Shown: positions 25,537 through 39,845 of the stretch, one piece after another
How positions within the stretch are numbered: position 1 is the first letter of the stretch
How the letters are laid out: every line of letters starts with the position of its first letter
Source: Podarcis gaigeae
Lineage: Eukaryota
NCBI GenBank assembly: GCA_964106915.2
Contig: OZ066918.1
Length of the DNA: 64,000 bases
Strand: one strand, 5' to 3'
The notes under the pieces: generated by a model
Told to the model about the DNA's origin: nothing
The model's input: only the letters and a program-made list of their open reading frames with translations
The model's database searches: none
Position numbers and translations under genes: made by a program

Positions 25537-25912
25537 TATAGAATTGTTGAGTTGGAAGGAACAGCCCACTGCAATACAGGAATCTCAACTAAAGCATCCA
25601 TGAGAGATGGCTAGCCAACCTCTGCTTAAAACCCCCAAGGAACGAGAGTCCACCACATCTTGTGAGAGAGTGTCCCACCGTCAGAAGGTTCTTCCGGATG
25701 TTTACTTAGAATCTCCTTTCTCGTAACTGGAACCCATTGGTTCAGATCCTAGCCCCTGGAGAAGGAGAAAATGAGGTTCCTCCATCTTCCATGTGACAGC
25801 CCTTGAGATATTTGAAGATGGCTATTATACCTCCTCTCAGTCTCTTCTTTACCACGCTAAACATACCTAACTACCTCAACCATTCCTCATTAGACTTAGT
25901 TTCCAGACCCTT
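25537..25912 (-). mobile_element. CR1 LINE 3' fragment
   Basis: ATAGAATTGTTGAGTTGGAAGG terminus, plus CCAACCTCTGCTTAAAA and AGCCCTTGAGATATTTGAAGATGGCTAT typical of the CR1 3' region. Confidence 0.85.
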
Positions 25913-26940
25913 GGGTGGGCGGGCAGGGGGAGAGAGGAGTTTTTAAATTCCTAAAAAAAAAATCAGAACTGATGGAGCCAGGTATCTTTCTCTCAGAAGG
26001 GAATTCTATCGGGCAGGATTCACCACTGAATTCTTTGCTTTTTCAGTTAGTTCCTCAGGGAAGCTAGACCCAGGGAGTGCCATTTTCCATTCTACCTTGG
26101 GCAGCAAAATGTCTTGGCCTGGCCTTGCATACACAAGACCCAAAGATGAGTGAATACAGCTGGCAGTGGCAGAGTGGGGCATAGGCAACCATGACCAAAC
26201 CAACCAGTATAGTTATTCTCTTCCAGTCATTGGCATTTTCTCATTTACAAGGAGCCTAAACCATAGCAGGAAACACTTTTCTTTTCAGCAGCGTATGTGG
26301 ATATTGATCAGTGTGCTAACTCATCTTTGAATTCTCCCTTTCTTAAGGGAGGGGGAAAACCTTTGTTTTCAGAAGCTTTCGTTGTTTATTTTGCCACCAT
26401 TTCTCCAGAGCAACAGTTTGGGTTCATTCAGAGGCTGAGGTGACCATCCAGCTGTGGGAGATTGCGGTGCTAATCTCTGGCTAAATGGCTTTCTTTTTTT
26501 TCCCCATAGGGGGAAAAAATCTTTTAGCAGTATCTGCAAGAGGGTGCCAAAAGCTTCTAGTCTTGAAAGAAGTCTTATTTCTCCTTCCTTCAAGTGTTAT
26601 GCAAAAAGAAGACTGCCTTCAGAGTCTCTGGTGCCTGCCTGCCTCTTTTCAATGAGGGCAGCTAGGTGGGATTTATTTAACAGGCTTCCAAAAAGCCAGA
26701 AATAATTCTATTCAGCAATATGTTCTGCTGCTTTCCCCACCCTCAGCTCAGAACTGAGCTAACTTTTATCTCTGGCATTCTTGAGGAGAGATAGCAAAGA
26801 GAATGTTGGATTGTGACTACTGAGGAGGAATTTTCCCCTCCATTCTGGAGTTGGTCACGGATGTACAGCTCAAATCTCTCAGAGGGTTACTTTTATATTT
26901 TCCTTGACTCAAGAGAGCGATGTTGGTACATTAACTGTAG

Positions 26941-26971
<31 letters not shown>

Positions 26972-29900
26972 TCCTTGCCATTTTAATTCAGTGTTTTCTT
27001 TTCTCTCAGTACCAAAGACCGGCATCAATTCCTCATCAATTGGCAATTTACAAAACAAAGTGTAAAATGTTGCCCTACTTTTTGAACGCATTTGGCCACA
27101 CAAAACATACATTTTTACTCCGAAATCTGCATTTTGAACACATTTTGTAAGTACTTTAAGCTAAAATCCAAATTTTGGGACTTTTTGAGTCAAGAACTGT
27201 GTAATAAAAAGTGAGAAGGGCAAAAGTGGAAGGATAGCTGATACCTTTCATCAGGGCCCACGGTCACTCATAGGTTTCTGCTTGTGTTCACAAGTAATTG
27301 GTTCTGTAGCACCCTGCTTGTGGTTAACGCTTAGCTGGAATGAAATATTCAACGCAGCAATAGAGAAATTAAAATAGTAATTTATTTGTCAGACAAATAA
27401 ATGAGAGGCACAGTGGTATATGGTTACCAAGCTCTGGCCTGGCCTCCTGCCATTCTGGCCAGCACTTATATTTCCTTAATCCAGCCCCCTTGCTCCTCCT
27501 GTGGCTGCCTCTGTCCAATCAGCCTGGTTGAAATTCCTATTGGCTGTTTGCTAGAACCAATCACAAAAGATACACCCATTTCCTTTTGCCCTTTTATGGA
27601 AAATAAAAGCTATATATTCTTCTATCTATAAATGACAAATAAGTAGTAATATATCTTACATGTGTCTCAACAAGGAACCTTAATTACCAGCTCACCTCTT
27701 GCCCTCCTTGCCCTATTGCCCTCCAAAACAGATGGTTAATCTTAAATTTTTATCTTAAACATATGTCAAGGATCTTGAGTTCACATCAACATTGAAAGAT
27801 CTCCTTCATTTGGAGGTCTTTAAACAAAGGTCTGACAACCATATGTCTAGAGTGCTCTGATGGTGTTTTCCTGCTTGGCAGGGGGGCTGGGCTGATGGCT
27901 GATGGTCCCTGTGATCTCTTCCAACTATATGAAATAAGAATCTAGCATAAGGATTTAACAGTTCTTAGTTTCTAAATCCTTTACATAATTACATTTAAGC
28001 CAATATATTTAATACATAAATAACCTTTTAAAAGGAAAAGAAATCTTAAAAGGATCTCAGTTTAAGAAAGAAACAACTTTAGAAAAAGACTTCCCTCCCT
28101 TTCTGCCAGCCAGACCAGTTGCTTTTCAATTTGCTCTTGACCTTTCAACCTTAGGAAAATATGGCTCAAGTTTAATGGGAGGCACAATGGTTTTATTTTA
28201 CTATTTACCCACTCTTAATTATGTTTATCTCTGCTTTTTTATCTTCTGTAATATGTAGGGTCAGTGTCCTCGCTCTCAGCCTGTAATTCCCTTTTTTACG
28301 ACTTTGAGAATTGTTTTCTGCTATAAATCAGGGGGTCCCCTTGTCCAGGAGAATAAACATCTTGCCAAGGTTCTTTAGGCAGCTGGTCTTCTGCCTGGCA
28401 TGAAACATTTGAAAATCTTTAAGCTCATTTTAAGATACAGGCCCTGATCAAAATATAAGCTTTGATAAAAAAATGCAGGCTTATGATTAGATGCCTCAAT
28501 TCCTGCAGACCTGACCCACCAGGTCTCTTCTTATGTTTTTGTGTAGAGTGCCTCAAGTTTAAGGCCTACTCCACCGCCTCACACTTGCCCACACTTGAAT
28601 TTGGGCTTGTTCCCCATCTCTGCCATCTGCAGCTGGAGAATGTGGGGCTTGTAGGCCCCATTTACCCCCTGACTACAAACGCTGCCTTCTCATCTTCTGC
28701 CACTTCCCCAACACTCTTCTCTAAGGTTTTTCACCCGTGGGGTAAGTTGGGAGACATGGAGAGGAAGGTGGAAGAATGAAGTAGGCAAGGGGGAATAGAG
28801 AAACTCAATTGTTCAAGTGGAACACTAAAAACATTCCCCTCAACTGTCCCGATTTGAGTGGGAAATCCCTGAATCACAGAAGCCGTCCCAGCCCTTGATT
28901 AGTCCCAGAATGTCCCATTTTTTGGTCCAGCGCTCTGAATCGAATCAACTGGCTCATGCCAGAGTGCCAAACCAAACGACATTTGTTTTTTGGTTTCATG
29001 CTCTCGTGGGAGTTAGCTGGCTCCTGCGAGAGCTCAGGACCCAAAAAACAAGTGTCCTATTTTGATCAGCAGGGTGTGTGTAAAAAAAACTCATTTAAAA
29101 AGCACATCTTGCAGGTGGACAGGAAAAGTATGACATGGGGAGTAAGCCCATCAGCAAGCTGCCAAGATAGATCCCCTTTCTGAATAGTCTGTTTTTGTTC
29201 TCTTTCAAACTATGAGAAATACATCATCAGTAGCAGTGGTGGTGGCAGCAACAACAACCACTCACATTCCTGTGAATCAGGAAACGTGTGGAGAAATTAC
29301 TTAATTTTACACAGTGGAGCTCACCACCCTTCCTTTTGGGTTTTGATGCTCCCTTTTGTGACTCTTATCCCCTAGAAGGAGCAGGAGCCAACAAAATTTG
29401 AAGCTCGTCATTTAAAAATACAAGAATCCCCTTTAGATGTCAGCCCTAGTCACAACTGCTGAGGAAGTCTTTCAGCTGAGTGTTTTCTAGACAGAGATTT
29501 CTTCAACAAGGTGTTCTGTATTAATGAATAACCCCAGCCATGTGCTGCAATACATTCCCTACAGAGGGCTGTCACCAAAGAAAGATGCATTCATTATTTT
29601 CCAAGGGGGGGAGAGAAAACCCCCTCACAATCTCACCTCATGCACTAAATTAGTTTAATTAAATAGCTTGGGAAAGAGGGGAGGGGAGGGAAGGAAGAGT
29701 CCTGTACAATAATATTCATTTGTCTGTATGTTTAAATAGGAGGTGAATGAACGGTTTCTTCAGTCGCTCAATGAATAAGATGTCACTGAAAGATACTTTT
29801 TTATTGTTATTATTATTTGGGTTTCTTTCTTTTTTTTCCCTGAGGTGTCACTGTTAGAAAAGCACAGATCCAGTGCCTGGTTTTTAATTACAAATTTAAG

Positions 29901-30749
29901 ATTTATGGCTTCGGATCATTTTAAAACTAATAGAATAGCCACATCCAAATGAATCAGGAAAGGATGAAGGTGGGGGAATCGCTGGCTAATGGATTGTAAT
30001 GTATATATGCTGAGAATCCGTGGTGGAATCTCCTAATTTCTTTATCAAAAAGCAGCTGGAGGAGAGGAGGTATGTTCCTCTGAGGTGGTATAGATGAAGG
30101 CCACTGTGCTGCAACGATTGGTGAAAATGGCGTACAAAACTGCATTATATTCAGGAAAATTGCTTCCCACTATTGCATCTATTCTGCATGCAAAAATGTC
30201 TGTTTTATTTAGGAGAAATTTGTGCTAAAATGCCAATGAATTTTTAGAAAGGCCCGACATAGAAATGCTTGTGTTGGAATCAGCTTTCCTATTCGTAACT
30301 GGAAAATCCTCTTATGAATCTAAAATTTTGCATTATTTCAGCTGAAAAGACGTTTGGTGCTCCCAAAGAACTGGCACGCACAAGACCCTGCTCTGCAACG
30401 GGGAATGGTTTGGAGTGCAATGGGCAGGTGGATTGGAGGCAGCTCTGTTGTTAGTATGTTATCACATCACATATTTATTTCTTTGTTAAAAACATGGTGG
30501 CCACACAATGCCCAGGCAGCACAGGAGGTCTCCAATTTGATTGACATTATCATTTCTGAAATGTGATCAACAACATACTAGCCTCATCATCACCCAAGTG
30601 CTGATGACTGGAAACCTGTGGGCCTCCAGGATATTGTTGGACTACAACTCCCATCTCCCCTGATTGTTGACCATGCTGGTTGGGGCTGATGGGGTTATGG
30701 AGTCCAGCAATATCTGGAAGGCCTCAGGTCTCCCAAGCTTGCTTTAAGC

Positions 30750-30884
30750 CAGGGTTTCCCAAACTCGGCCCTCCAGCTTTTTTTGGACTACAATTCCCAA
30801 CATCCCTGACCACTGGTCTTGCTAGCCAGGAATGATGGGAGTTGTAGTCCAAAACAGCTGGAGACCCGAGTTTGGGAAACACTG
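30750..30884. mobile_element. hAT MITE (ACTACAACTCCCA family)
   Basis: TIRs CAGGGTTTCCCAAACT / AGTTTGGGAAACACTG. Degenerate 8-bp TSD CTTTAAGC / GTTTAACC. Confidence 0.85.
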
Positions 30885-33800
30885 GTTTAACCAATGAGGA
30901 CAATCTAAGCAGGGAAACCCAGTCAGATGGGCGGGGCACAAATAAATTATTATTATTATTATCTGTTCAGCCCAGTTTACAATGGAAATCAACACATCAT
31001 TTCCCTGCCCTACACACATTTACACACATAATAGAAAATGGAGGTGATGATGAGCAAAAAGAGAAAGCCTGAGAACAGGACAGGAATTCATCATTCTTTT
31101 GAGCTAATTTGGATTGAAACCATTGCAGTTCAGAAGAACAAAGTTTGCTTTTGGATGAGCCAGAAGGCATTTTCTTCCTCCCTACTACCCCAAAGATTGG
31201 AGATGTTTTTTTACGATGCAGCCCTTACTGATGAAATGGCCTCTCGTGTCTTTCCCATAGGAGGGGACAGGATGACTTGTGATTCCTGGCTCAGAGTCCC
31301 AAGGCTGAGTTTACAGAATATTTTCTGACAGGAAAAGGGCTCTAAATGGTGACTTTTCCCCTGCCTGTCTCCCCTCCACATGGTAACAGTTATATTTAGC
31401 CATGTTTTGAAGTACTTTGTAAGATGGATCGGGCAGTGGTGACAGAAAGAGGAGAGAGTGCAATTCAGAAGGCACAGGAATAAGGCAAGATTTGAGGTCT
31501 CAGGCTGCCAGTCTGAGAAGGCATCCTGGTTCCTGGAAGTCTCTCTTTCCCGCCCGCCCTCAACCTGGCACGGATCCTGCACCCTTCTGCATGCATATTT
31601 ACATGGCCAATTGTGCCATTTAAATGGGCTTCCAAAGCACCTCGCAACTTACGTAGAGGTTTTACATAAGCAGTATACATTGCAAGACATTTTTTAATGT
31701 GAAATAACGAGTTGCATGGCTTTATATTTCTCTAACCAGTGACTGGTTGATTTGGAACTTGGACAATCTTTTTTTTTCCCCTCCCACTTTCCCAAAGCAA
31801 ATGGGCAGATCTACTGAGAGCAACTGGCATGACATGCTCCAGAGCCAGCTTCTCAGTGTTCACACTATTTAGGAACAAAATAACCCAATGTCCCAATGTG
31901 AAAGCTTCATTTTGGGGCAACCAAGCGCAGCAAAATTGTTTGCCAGGTGGCACAGTGCCCTGTAGCAATTAAGATAATGCCCTTTTTTTTAACTGAACAT
32001 GGGGCTGTGTACAATGAGAGAAAGCTGGCCTAAGTAAGAATGTGGCACATATTGTTGATTCTGCAATATTTTGGACTGTCTATTTGTTATTTTATTTTTT
32101 GCATTTCTTTTGATGTGATTTCCCCCATGTTTTCTTTTCTGCTGCTGTTTTCAAAAGGATCACATGTTCTTCCTCCCTCTGATCACCAGAAACTTGGGTT
32201 TCTGCGCCTCTTCTAGCTTCCTTCCAAAAATCTCACCTGGCCATGAATACTCAAGAGCAATTTCAAATTCAACGAGGCCCTTGAATTTGCAGTCTTGTAA
32301 CTTCAAGCTCAAAATTATTTTCAGGTGTGCACATTTTGTAATCACGGATCACATGGTGCATATTCTCCCTTTCCTTATTTTTCTCCCCTAAGTATTTGTG
32401 GCCATTTCAACTCAGTTACCTTTAATTTCAATAAACTGAGTGCAATCACGGGGGGGGGGGGAGATTGCCCTAAGGACTTCTGAATTTGCATACTCTGTCA
32501 TTCCCTCAGTGTGCTGGGAGCCATTTGCATTATTATGGAGTGCCCAGGGAGTAGAATGGATAATTTTCCCTATTGATGGTGAGCTGGAAAAGGAGGAAAT
32601 TGCAGAGAAAGCCATAAGAGATTACAATGGTGTTGCCTTTTCCCCCCTGGAGAACTCCATTCCCTTCAGAGTAACCAGCTGAGACAAAAGTCTCTGAGGT
32701 AATTTCTACCCTTGTGTGGTAGGTGACTTTCTACACAAATGCACCTTGACCCTCTCCATACTCTAGCCAGGCGAACAAGAGACTTTATCGGAGTTCAAGT
32801 ACACCTTCCAAACCAGGCAAAAGCATTCAGGAAGCAGGACCAGTAAGAGGTGTGACTTGGGAATAGGAGGTGTGGCTTCAGAGAGAGATCTGTGGGCCAC
32901 ATTGAGAGGGCTTGAGGGTCACATTCAGCACCCAGGCCTAAGGTTTCCCACTCCTGGCCTGTGTCATCAATGCATTCATCTAGCCTTGGCATATTTTCTT
33001 GGCTTGTTTTCTGGCAGTTCCCTGGTTTGGCTAGTACTAGCGAATTCTGGCTTAATACAAGTGAAACTCAGCTCCAAAGTGGCAAGGGAGGAAGATGAGG
33101 GGAGGTGCGAGGGAAGAGCACTTTGACCTGGTGTTCATGTTTAATTGACAATGAAATGCTGTTTAAAATGGGGAAATGGCTAAATGTGTATTGCTTTAAA
33201 AAAAAAACAAGTATACTGCATAAAAATCTCTGCCGAAATTCCAGGTCAGGACAGTGCTTGAAATGAACTTTTTGGGTTTAGCTTTAAAATATCTGTACTA
33301 CAGCTGAAAGCAGTTCCCATAATTGCTGAGTGAACTGAATATGAATTAAGTTTGTTTGTGGTGGAACTTGGAATGATTTCTGATCAAGTTCATCCCTTTG
33401 CATGTGAATTGCTCTGAGATTTAAGCTTAAAAGTTGTAATTGTTGATGAAAATGAACATTTCACATCTCACTGTCTCGGCGTTTTGATGTTTTTGTCATC
33501 TTCTTAAGTATATTTTATACTTCTGCACAGCTGCTTGTAAAGAGTCTGAATGCTGAGGCGGACATGCCAAGGATCATTTGGATGAAGTTGAATGTGAACT
33601 GAATCTGAATTGAACTAGTTTGTTTTGTAAAGGCATGAACGTTAACTGGTATTAGTTCCCATTTGGACATGTTGAACTAGAACTAGTTCCTTTTTGAAAA
33701 ATGAACTTTCCAAGCTCTGGGTCACAATCAGGAATGTTCACACTTATCCTTACAGAACTAATTTGCCCATCTTTACCTCTAGCTCAGTAACAATCCTAGA

Positions 33801-35177
33801 TTTCAAGAGAATGAAAAACCTTTGCATAGTTTTTCCCTAACTCAGCTCCCGCTCTCTTCTTCAATCAGATATCTCCCTCCTTTTTTTCCACTTCATTTCA
33901 CTACAATAAGAATTAATCTACAGCTGCAGCGACAGAAAAATAAGTTAACTAAGTTCTATAAAAGATTGCTTTTAGGAAGATCTGAACTTTGTGTCTTTCA
34001 GATATAAAGCAGTAGACTGGAAAGTATTGATGCCGAAGCAGCTTCCAGAGTTTGAAGGTCCTAACTTGGCTACTGGAAAATCTATATTCTATTTCTGAAC
34101 CTACCAGGTTGCATGTAGATGCAATACTGAGGCAGGACCACACCAATCTGGAAGAGCATTTAAAAGGCGATCAGTAAACACACAGTAGTGGACTCAAGCT
34201 GAGGATAGGCAGATCCAACCGGTTCCAATCACAAAAAGATTTGACGACCCTGTATTCTACATTCTGCCTGTAGTACGGATACCCAACATGGTGCCCTTCA
34301 GATGCTACTGAACTACAACTCCTATCATCTTTGACTATTGGCCATGATGGCTAGGGCTGAGGGGAGCTGGAGTCTGACAACATTTTGAGGGTACCATATT
34401 GAATACCACTGGCCATTGTGTACAACAGATCCCCCACTTCTTTTGATCAATGTATCAAAATCTGGCATGTTTCAGAAATAAGCAGGTCCAGCATTTCCAG
34501 AGGCTTACTAAATCTTTGAGGCCAGTGTTGAGAAGATGCAGAAGTCCCCACATCAGCAGTGGTACATCATGCCACCATTAGATGCACAGCTTACGTCACC
34601 AGGACCCTCACCAAAACCCACCATGATCTAATAAACTGGGACTATACTCTGGTTTGTTATTGCAGTGGGTGAACCTCACATTCCATCCCAAGTTGAATTT
34701 GGCCATATCCTTAGCTAGAAATACTCTTCAGTCCAAAATTTCACAAGGCTCATTCAGGAATGTAGGGACATGTTTATGCCATCTGTTCACTTAGTTTCGT
34801 TGACTACAGCTTTCCAGAGCAGCAGGACAAGGGTTTCAGATAAGGGTAGCTCTGCAACCTACCTGAAAATGCCAAGAATTGAACCTGAGACCTTTTTCAT
34901 GCAATGCATGTGGCCCTTCTCCTGAACTATCCGCTACCAAATTGGATGGATGTGTTTTTTGATGTGCATGCAGATGATCATCCCCATTGGGAGCCACTAG
35001 TCACTATATGCATTAGGGACTAAAACTGTGTTGGGAGCTCAGGTGAGCTGGAACTTCTCCCCTAGAGAGAAATAATAATACAAAGATAACAGCTACGTTG
35101 TAGGAAGTGCCATTCAATGAGGGTTCCTCACAAGTGGATAAGTCCCAGTAGCAAGAGGCTAAATCATCCCTCTAACC

Positions 35178-35297
35178 CAGGCATCACCAACCTTCAGCCC
35201 TCCAATTCCCATCATCCCTGACCACTGGTCCTGTTAGCTAGGGATCATGGGAGTTGTAGGCCAAAACATCTGGAGGGCCGAAGGTTGGGGATGCCTG
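35178..35297. mobile_element. hAT MITE (ACTACAACTCCCA family)
   Basis: TIRs CAGGCATCACCAAC / GTTGGGGATGCCTG. TSD CTCTAACC / CTCTGACC. Confidence 0.85.
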
Positions 35298-36834
35298 CTC
35301 TGACCTATAATCCACAAAAGTGGATCACAAACACACACAAAAATACTTGCACTGATGAAGAATCTGTAGCTGGCTTGAATCTCCCCTTCTCCAGGGGCAG
35401 TTCCTATGGCATTTTCCGTAGCAAACATGCAACATGTAGACAACATATATGAGTACATGTGTCTGTTTAAACACATTTAAATGTGTACATGTGAAACCTG
35501 GCTGAACTCAGGTTTCCAGAAACACGAAGGCTGATGCTAAAAGTTGTGTGTGCACTTGTGTGTAACAGCCACACAATTGCTGTTGGAAATGCTATTGTAC
35601 CACTTGTGTTCCCTACAGCAAACATATGTGTGGAGCAGCCCTTGATCGTGGTTGGCATGATGGTTAGCCCAGTCCTCCTGCGATACGTATCTGGCCATGC
35701 ATTTCAAGTAGTGACCAGATCAGACAGTTAGCATATTTGCAATTCTGGTTCAAAATTAATAATCTAGTTTTTGTGGAAATGCAGTTTATAGGCAGAGTAG
35801 GCAGACACTATACTTAAGGTTGTTGTTGTCTTTCACTTTTACAGTCTGGGAGAATTCATGCCTGCCCATCTGTACTGACAAGAAATTCTCCTCCCTCCCC
35901 ACCACACACAAAAAAGAGGCGAAAGAAAGAAATCTAAGCTGAGCCACAGAAGGAGCTGACCATCTCCTAACCCTTTTTATAGAATGTTGCTAGCAACAGG
36001 CAAAATTGCCAGCAAGTTAGAACACAAAACAAAGCCATGTTCAATCACACGATCTGTTAGAAGTGCCTTGACACAATGTTTGGCAAAAGGAGAGGAGTTG
36101 ACAGACTTGGTACCAGCAAATGTGATTTCAAAGCAATCTGCGTTGTGATTTGCAAAGGAGTGGACATTAATGAAAAAGTGGTTGACAAGTTTTCGTTAAC
36201 GCAACTCAAATGTCTTGTAATTTTCTTTCTCGGCACTCTTTTTAAAGTGAGCAATTTGTGTCAAAGAGAAAGTAAGAGGGAGGGAGGGCGGCATCAGCTA
36301 TTGAAAACTAAAGGGATGGTTCTAATGGGCTTTCATGTGGATGAAATGAAAGACGATGGAGGGAGGCAAATCTTGTTGATCTAGTTTTGACACCTATCGA
36401 CCACCCATTAACAACATCCGCTGGGCAGTTCACTCAAAATTCAAAAATAAGAGTTATAAATGACAGCGGCATGTTGTGTTGTTGTTTTTTTAAAGTAAAA
36501 TCCTCTTAAAAATCAATCAAATTATCCACATTAAATATATATAAAAGCACAAGCAGCACAAAATCATTCTAAAACAGCAACCAGGTAAGAGAAAAAAATG
36601 TCTTCCAAGAACTAAAATAGACAGAGCAATCAATTCTAAGTGGGTTCGGGGAGAGGAAGTGACCAAGTAGAAATATCTCCACAGCTTCACCCTGCCAACT
36701 CACACCAACCAGGGCAGGGACTGGGGCCTTACACTTTTTCATTATTTTCCTGTTTCACTACTCCAGCTCCTGGCTGCTACAGCTGCAGGGCTGGAGGATT
36801 GAGCTCAAGGTGTGTGATTTGGATCCAGTTAATC

Positions 36835-37089
36835 CATGGTTAGGCAAACTAAGGCCCGGGGGCCAGGTCCGGCCCAGTCGTCTTCTAAATCCAGCCCGCG
36901 GACAGTCCGGGAATCAGTGTGTTTTTACATGAGTAGAATGCTTTCTTTTATTTAAAATGCTTCTCTGAGTTATTTGTGGGGCATAGGAATTCGTTCATTG
37001 CCCCCCGCAAAAAAAAATATAGTCCGGCCCCCCACAAGGTCTGAGGGACAGTGGACCGGCCCCCTGCTGAAAAAGTTTGCTGACCCCTG
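36835..37089. mobile_element. hAT (Charlie-like) non-autonomous transposon
   Basis: TIRs CATGGTTAGGCAAACT / AGTTTGCTGACCCCTG with GGCCC subterminal repeats. Perfect 8-bp TSD AGTTAATC at 36827-36834 and 37090-37097. Confidence 0.9.
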
Positions 37090-37402
37090 AGTTAATCCAG
37101 AGCCACTGCTGCCCTCCTCCAAAAGCTCATGTTTGCTTGCTCTTGCAAGAGGGAGAACTGTCATTGGTCACTTTCTGGGCAAAGCCATAGCCCTCCACTA
37201 GGGCAACCCTCCTCCATTTGTGGTGCTCCTCTCTGGTGTCAGAGCGAGGCCCCTAGGTGCTATTCTAGCTGCCGCTGCCACCCCAGATACTAGGTTTAGG
37301 GTTGTGCTCTAGACAGTGGTGGCTTGTCCTCACTTCTGCTTCTCCCGTGCCTTGAAAGCAGAGGTCTGAGTGGTTTTTCTTTGGTTCAGCTGCTTTCCCT
37401 AC

Positions 37403-37441
<39 letters not shown>

Positions 37442-37541
37442 ATTTATACCCCGCCCATCTGGCTGGGTTTCCCCAGCCACCCTGGGCAGCTTCCAACAGA
37501 ATATTAAAATACAATACTCTATTAAACATTAAAAGCTTCCC
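37403..37541 (-). mobile_element. L2 3' tail with (ATC)n repeat
   Basis: TATACCCCGCCCATCTGGCTGGGTTTCCCCAGCCA matches the 3' end of the L2 at 52957. Confidence 0.85.
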
Positions 37542-37910
37542 TACCACTGAATTTGAACAAACGTCAATCTGCAGAAAAACTGGATTGTTCGGATTCAGTG
37601 GTAAGCAGTGGGTTTCCTTGGGGGAAATGGCAGAAGCGTGGGCAAGCCCTGGGACTGGTAGGACAGACGGCAGAGAGGCCAACCATAAATGGAGCCAGAT
37701 CCAGGAACAGGCAGAGTTTACTCCTTTCCCCCCCATCGTATTCTACAAAGGCAAGACTGAGACAAGCAGAATGAAGGTGATAGCTGGTGCCACCCACCAG
37801 CCTGGTTGTAAGCAGGAAGGCAGGCAGGTGGGGGCTGGCTAAGGGCAGAGTGGAACTGGTGGGGCATTGCCCCATTTGCCCTAATAGATCAGCCTCCACT
37901 GGTTCTAGAG

Positions 37911-38008
37911 CAAGGTTCCCAAACTTGGATCTCCAGCTGCTGTTGCACTACAACTCCCATCACCCCATGGTAGAAGAACCAGTGGTCAAACCAGTTTGGA
38001 AAATGTTG
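37911..38008. mobile_element. hAT MITE, internally deleted
   Basis: ACTACAACTCCCATCA core. TSD TTCTAGAG / CTCTAGAG. Confidence 0.7.
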
Positions 38009-38191
38009 CTCTAGAGCATTATCTGGCAGGATAGGAAAGTGCATACCTGGTGTCAAAAGGATCTGAATGTAGGCACCACTGAGTGAGTCTTGCTGGCACC
38101 AGCATTCCATAATCAGGACACCATCACTGAAAAGACCCTCTCCGTGATGGCAATCCTTGTCACCCTTTTATGCAGGTGTACCTGGAACAGA

Positions 38192-38547
38192 GGGACGCAG
38201 GTGGCACTGTGGGTTAAACCACAGAACCTAGGACTTGCTGATCAGAAGGTTGGCGGTTCAAATCCCTACGACAGGGTGAGCTCCCGTTGCTCGGTCCCAG
38301 CTCCTGCGAACCTAGCAGTTCGAAAGCAGGTCAAAGTGCAAGTAGATAAATAGGTACCGCTCTGGCGGGAAGGTAAACGGCGTTTCTGTGCCCTGCTCTG
38401 GTTCGCCAGAAGTGACTTAGACATGCTGGCCACATGACCCAGAAGCTGTACGCCGGCTCCCTCGGCCAGTAAAGCGAGATGAGTGCCACAACCCCAGAGT
38501 CAGCCATGACTGGACCTAATGGTCAGGGGTCCCTTTACCTTTACCTT
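38192..38547 (+). mobile_element. Sauria SINE (Squam1), full length
   Basis: GGGACGCAGGTGGC head and (ACCTTT)n tail. 13-bp TSD TACCTGG(A/G)ACAGA at 38179-38191 and 38548-38560. Confidence 0.95.
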
Positions 38548-39480
38548 TACCTGGGACAGAACCTCAGATGTTCTTGCATATATATACAGTCATTCTATTT
38601 GATTCCTATTTGCCTTCAGCCTTGTACAGAAGGAGCTGCTCGGCTTTGTCCCATTACAGGAGGTGGGCGCATTGCCATTGCAAGCAATTATCCCTTACCA
38701 CTGGCCAAGGGAAGGGGCCCAGCCCATAAGCACCCTCATTAAACCGGCTGTGCTTACATGGGAATGGAGCACAGCAATGACATTCAACAGGGCTCCCTTG
38801 GCCCCCTTCGTCTCTCTGATCCCTCGGGGCATTCTTTGGGTGATAAAGGCTGAATTCAATCATGAGGCTCCTGCTGGCTCTGGGAAGCGTTGGCAAAGAG
38901 GGAAGCTAAGATGGATGGCCTGCCTGGGGCTTGGGGGTGGGTGGCTGGGGGAGAAGTTAAGAGAGGGAATGATGATTTCCTGTGTGATTGATTTAACTAA
39001 TTAGCACAAGTGTTTAAGGGGAGTACAGAGTGGAGGTATGGCGAAGGTGGGGGCTGCGAGAAAGAAGAGCACTTCTTGGCTTTTAGCTAAAGAGTGCCGT
39101 GTTTTGTGAGTTTGCAGTTGCCTCCGCTAAACTCTCCTTTCCGTTAACCAGGAAGCTCCTTTGCTGTTCAACGGTAATGGTCAGGAGGTCAGGCATGGCA
39201 GGTGTTAAGAGACCAGTTACTGCATTATTTATCTGTTCCTGCCATTTATGGGCTGACCCATAATTCACTGAGCAGCTTACAATAAAAGCTTGTTAAAATA
39301 CGATCCAAAGCCTTCATGGTTATCACAGGAACGATGACTGCGCAACTGGACTTCGACAAAGACTAATTTAGAGGGGAGTCTGGTAGGCCTGGTTCTTTGC
39401 CCAGCAGTTCTGTTTTCAAGGGTTTTTAAGCTATAACTCTGTGGTAGAGCACATGCTTGCATGCACAAGGTCCCAGGTCC

Positions 39481-39819
39481 CATACCCTCCAACATTCCTC
39501 CAATAAAAATAGGCACGTTCCATTCCATAATGATAATTTTACTATTTTATATATCTTATTGGGTTGCCCCAGCACTCTAGGCAGCTTCCAGCATATATAA
39601 ATAACATAATAAAACATTAAACATTTTTTAAAAACTTCCCTATACAAGATTGTCTTCAGACAGCTCAGGGGTTGGATAACTCCATAACCTCCAACATTTC
39701 TCCAATGAAAATAGGGACATCCTAAGGAAAAGCAGGACATTCTGGTATCAAGTCAGAAATAGGTATAGCTTCTTTAAAGCAGGGATGTCCCTGGAAAATA
39801 GGGACACTTGGAGGGTCTG
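39481..39819. mobile_element. Composite MITE (CATACCCTCCAA TIR) carrying an L2-like tail, inserted in a tRNA SINE
   Basis: TIRs CATACCCTCCAA / TTGGAGGGTCTG, flanked by AGGTCC / AGGTTC. About 40 bp of the left end is repeated at 39683. Confidence 0.7.
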
Positions 39820-39845
39820 AGGTTCAATCCCTGGGATCTCCAAGG

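Noticed and set aside
28726-28747. Plus-strand 16-nt microexon-like segment
   Set aside because: The length is not frame-preserving, there is no supporting context, and such matches are expected by chance.
33130-33720. GAACTAGTT-rich stretch as a novel repeat
   Set aside because: It is probably a decayed DNA-transposon end, but I found only one TIR-like end and no TSD.
37324-37842. 172-aa ORF with poly-Met
   Set aside because: It runs through an (ATG)n microsatellite and an L2 tail, with no recognisable domain.
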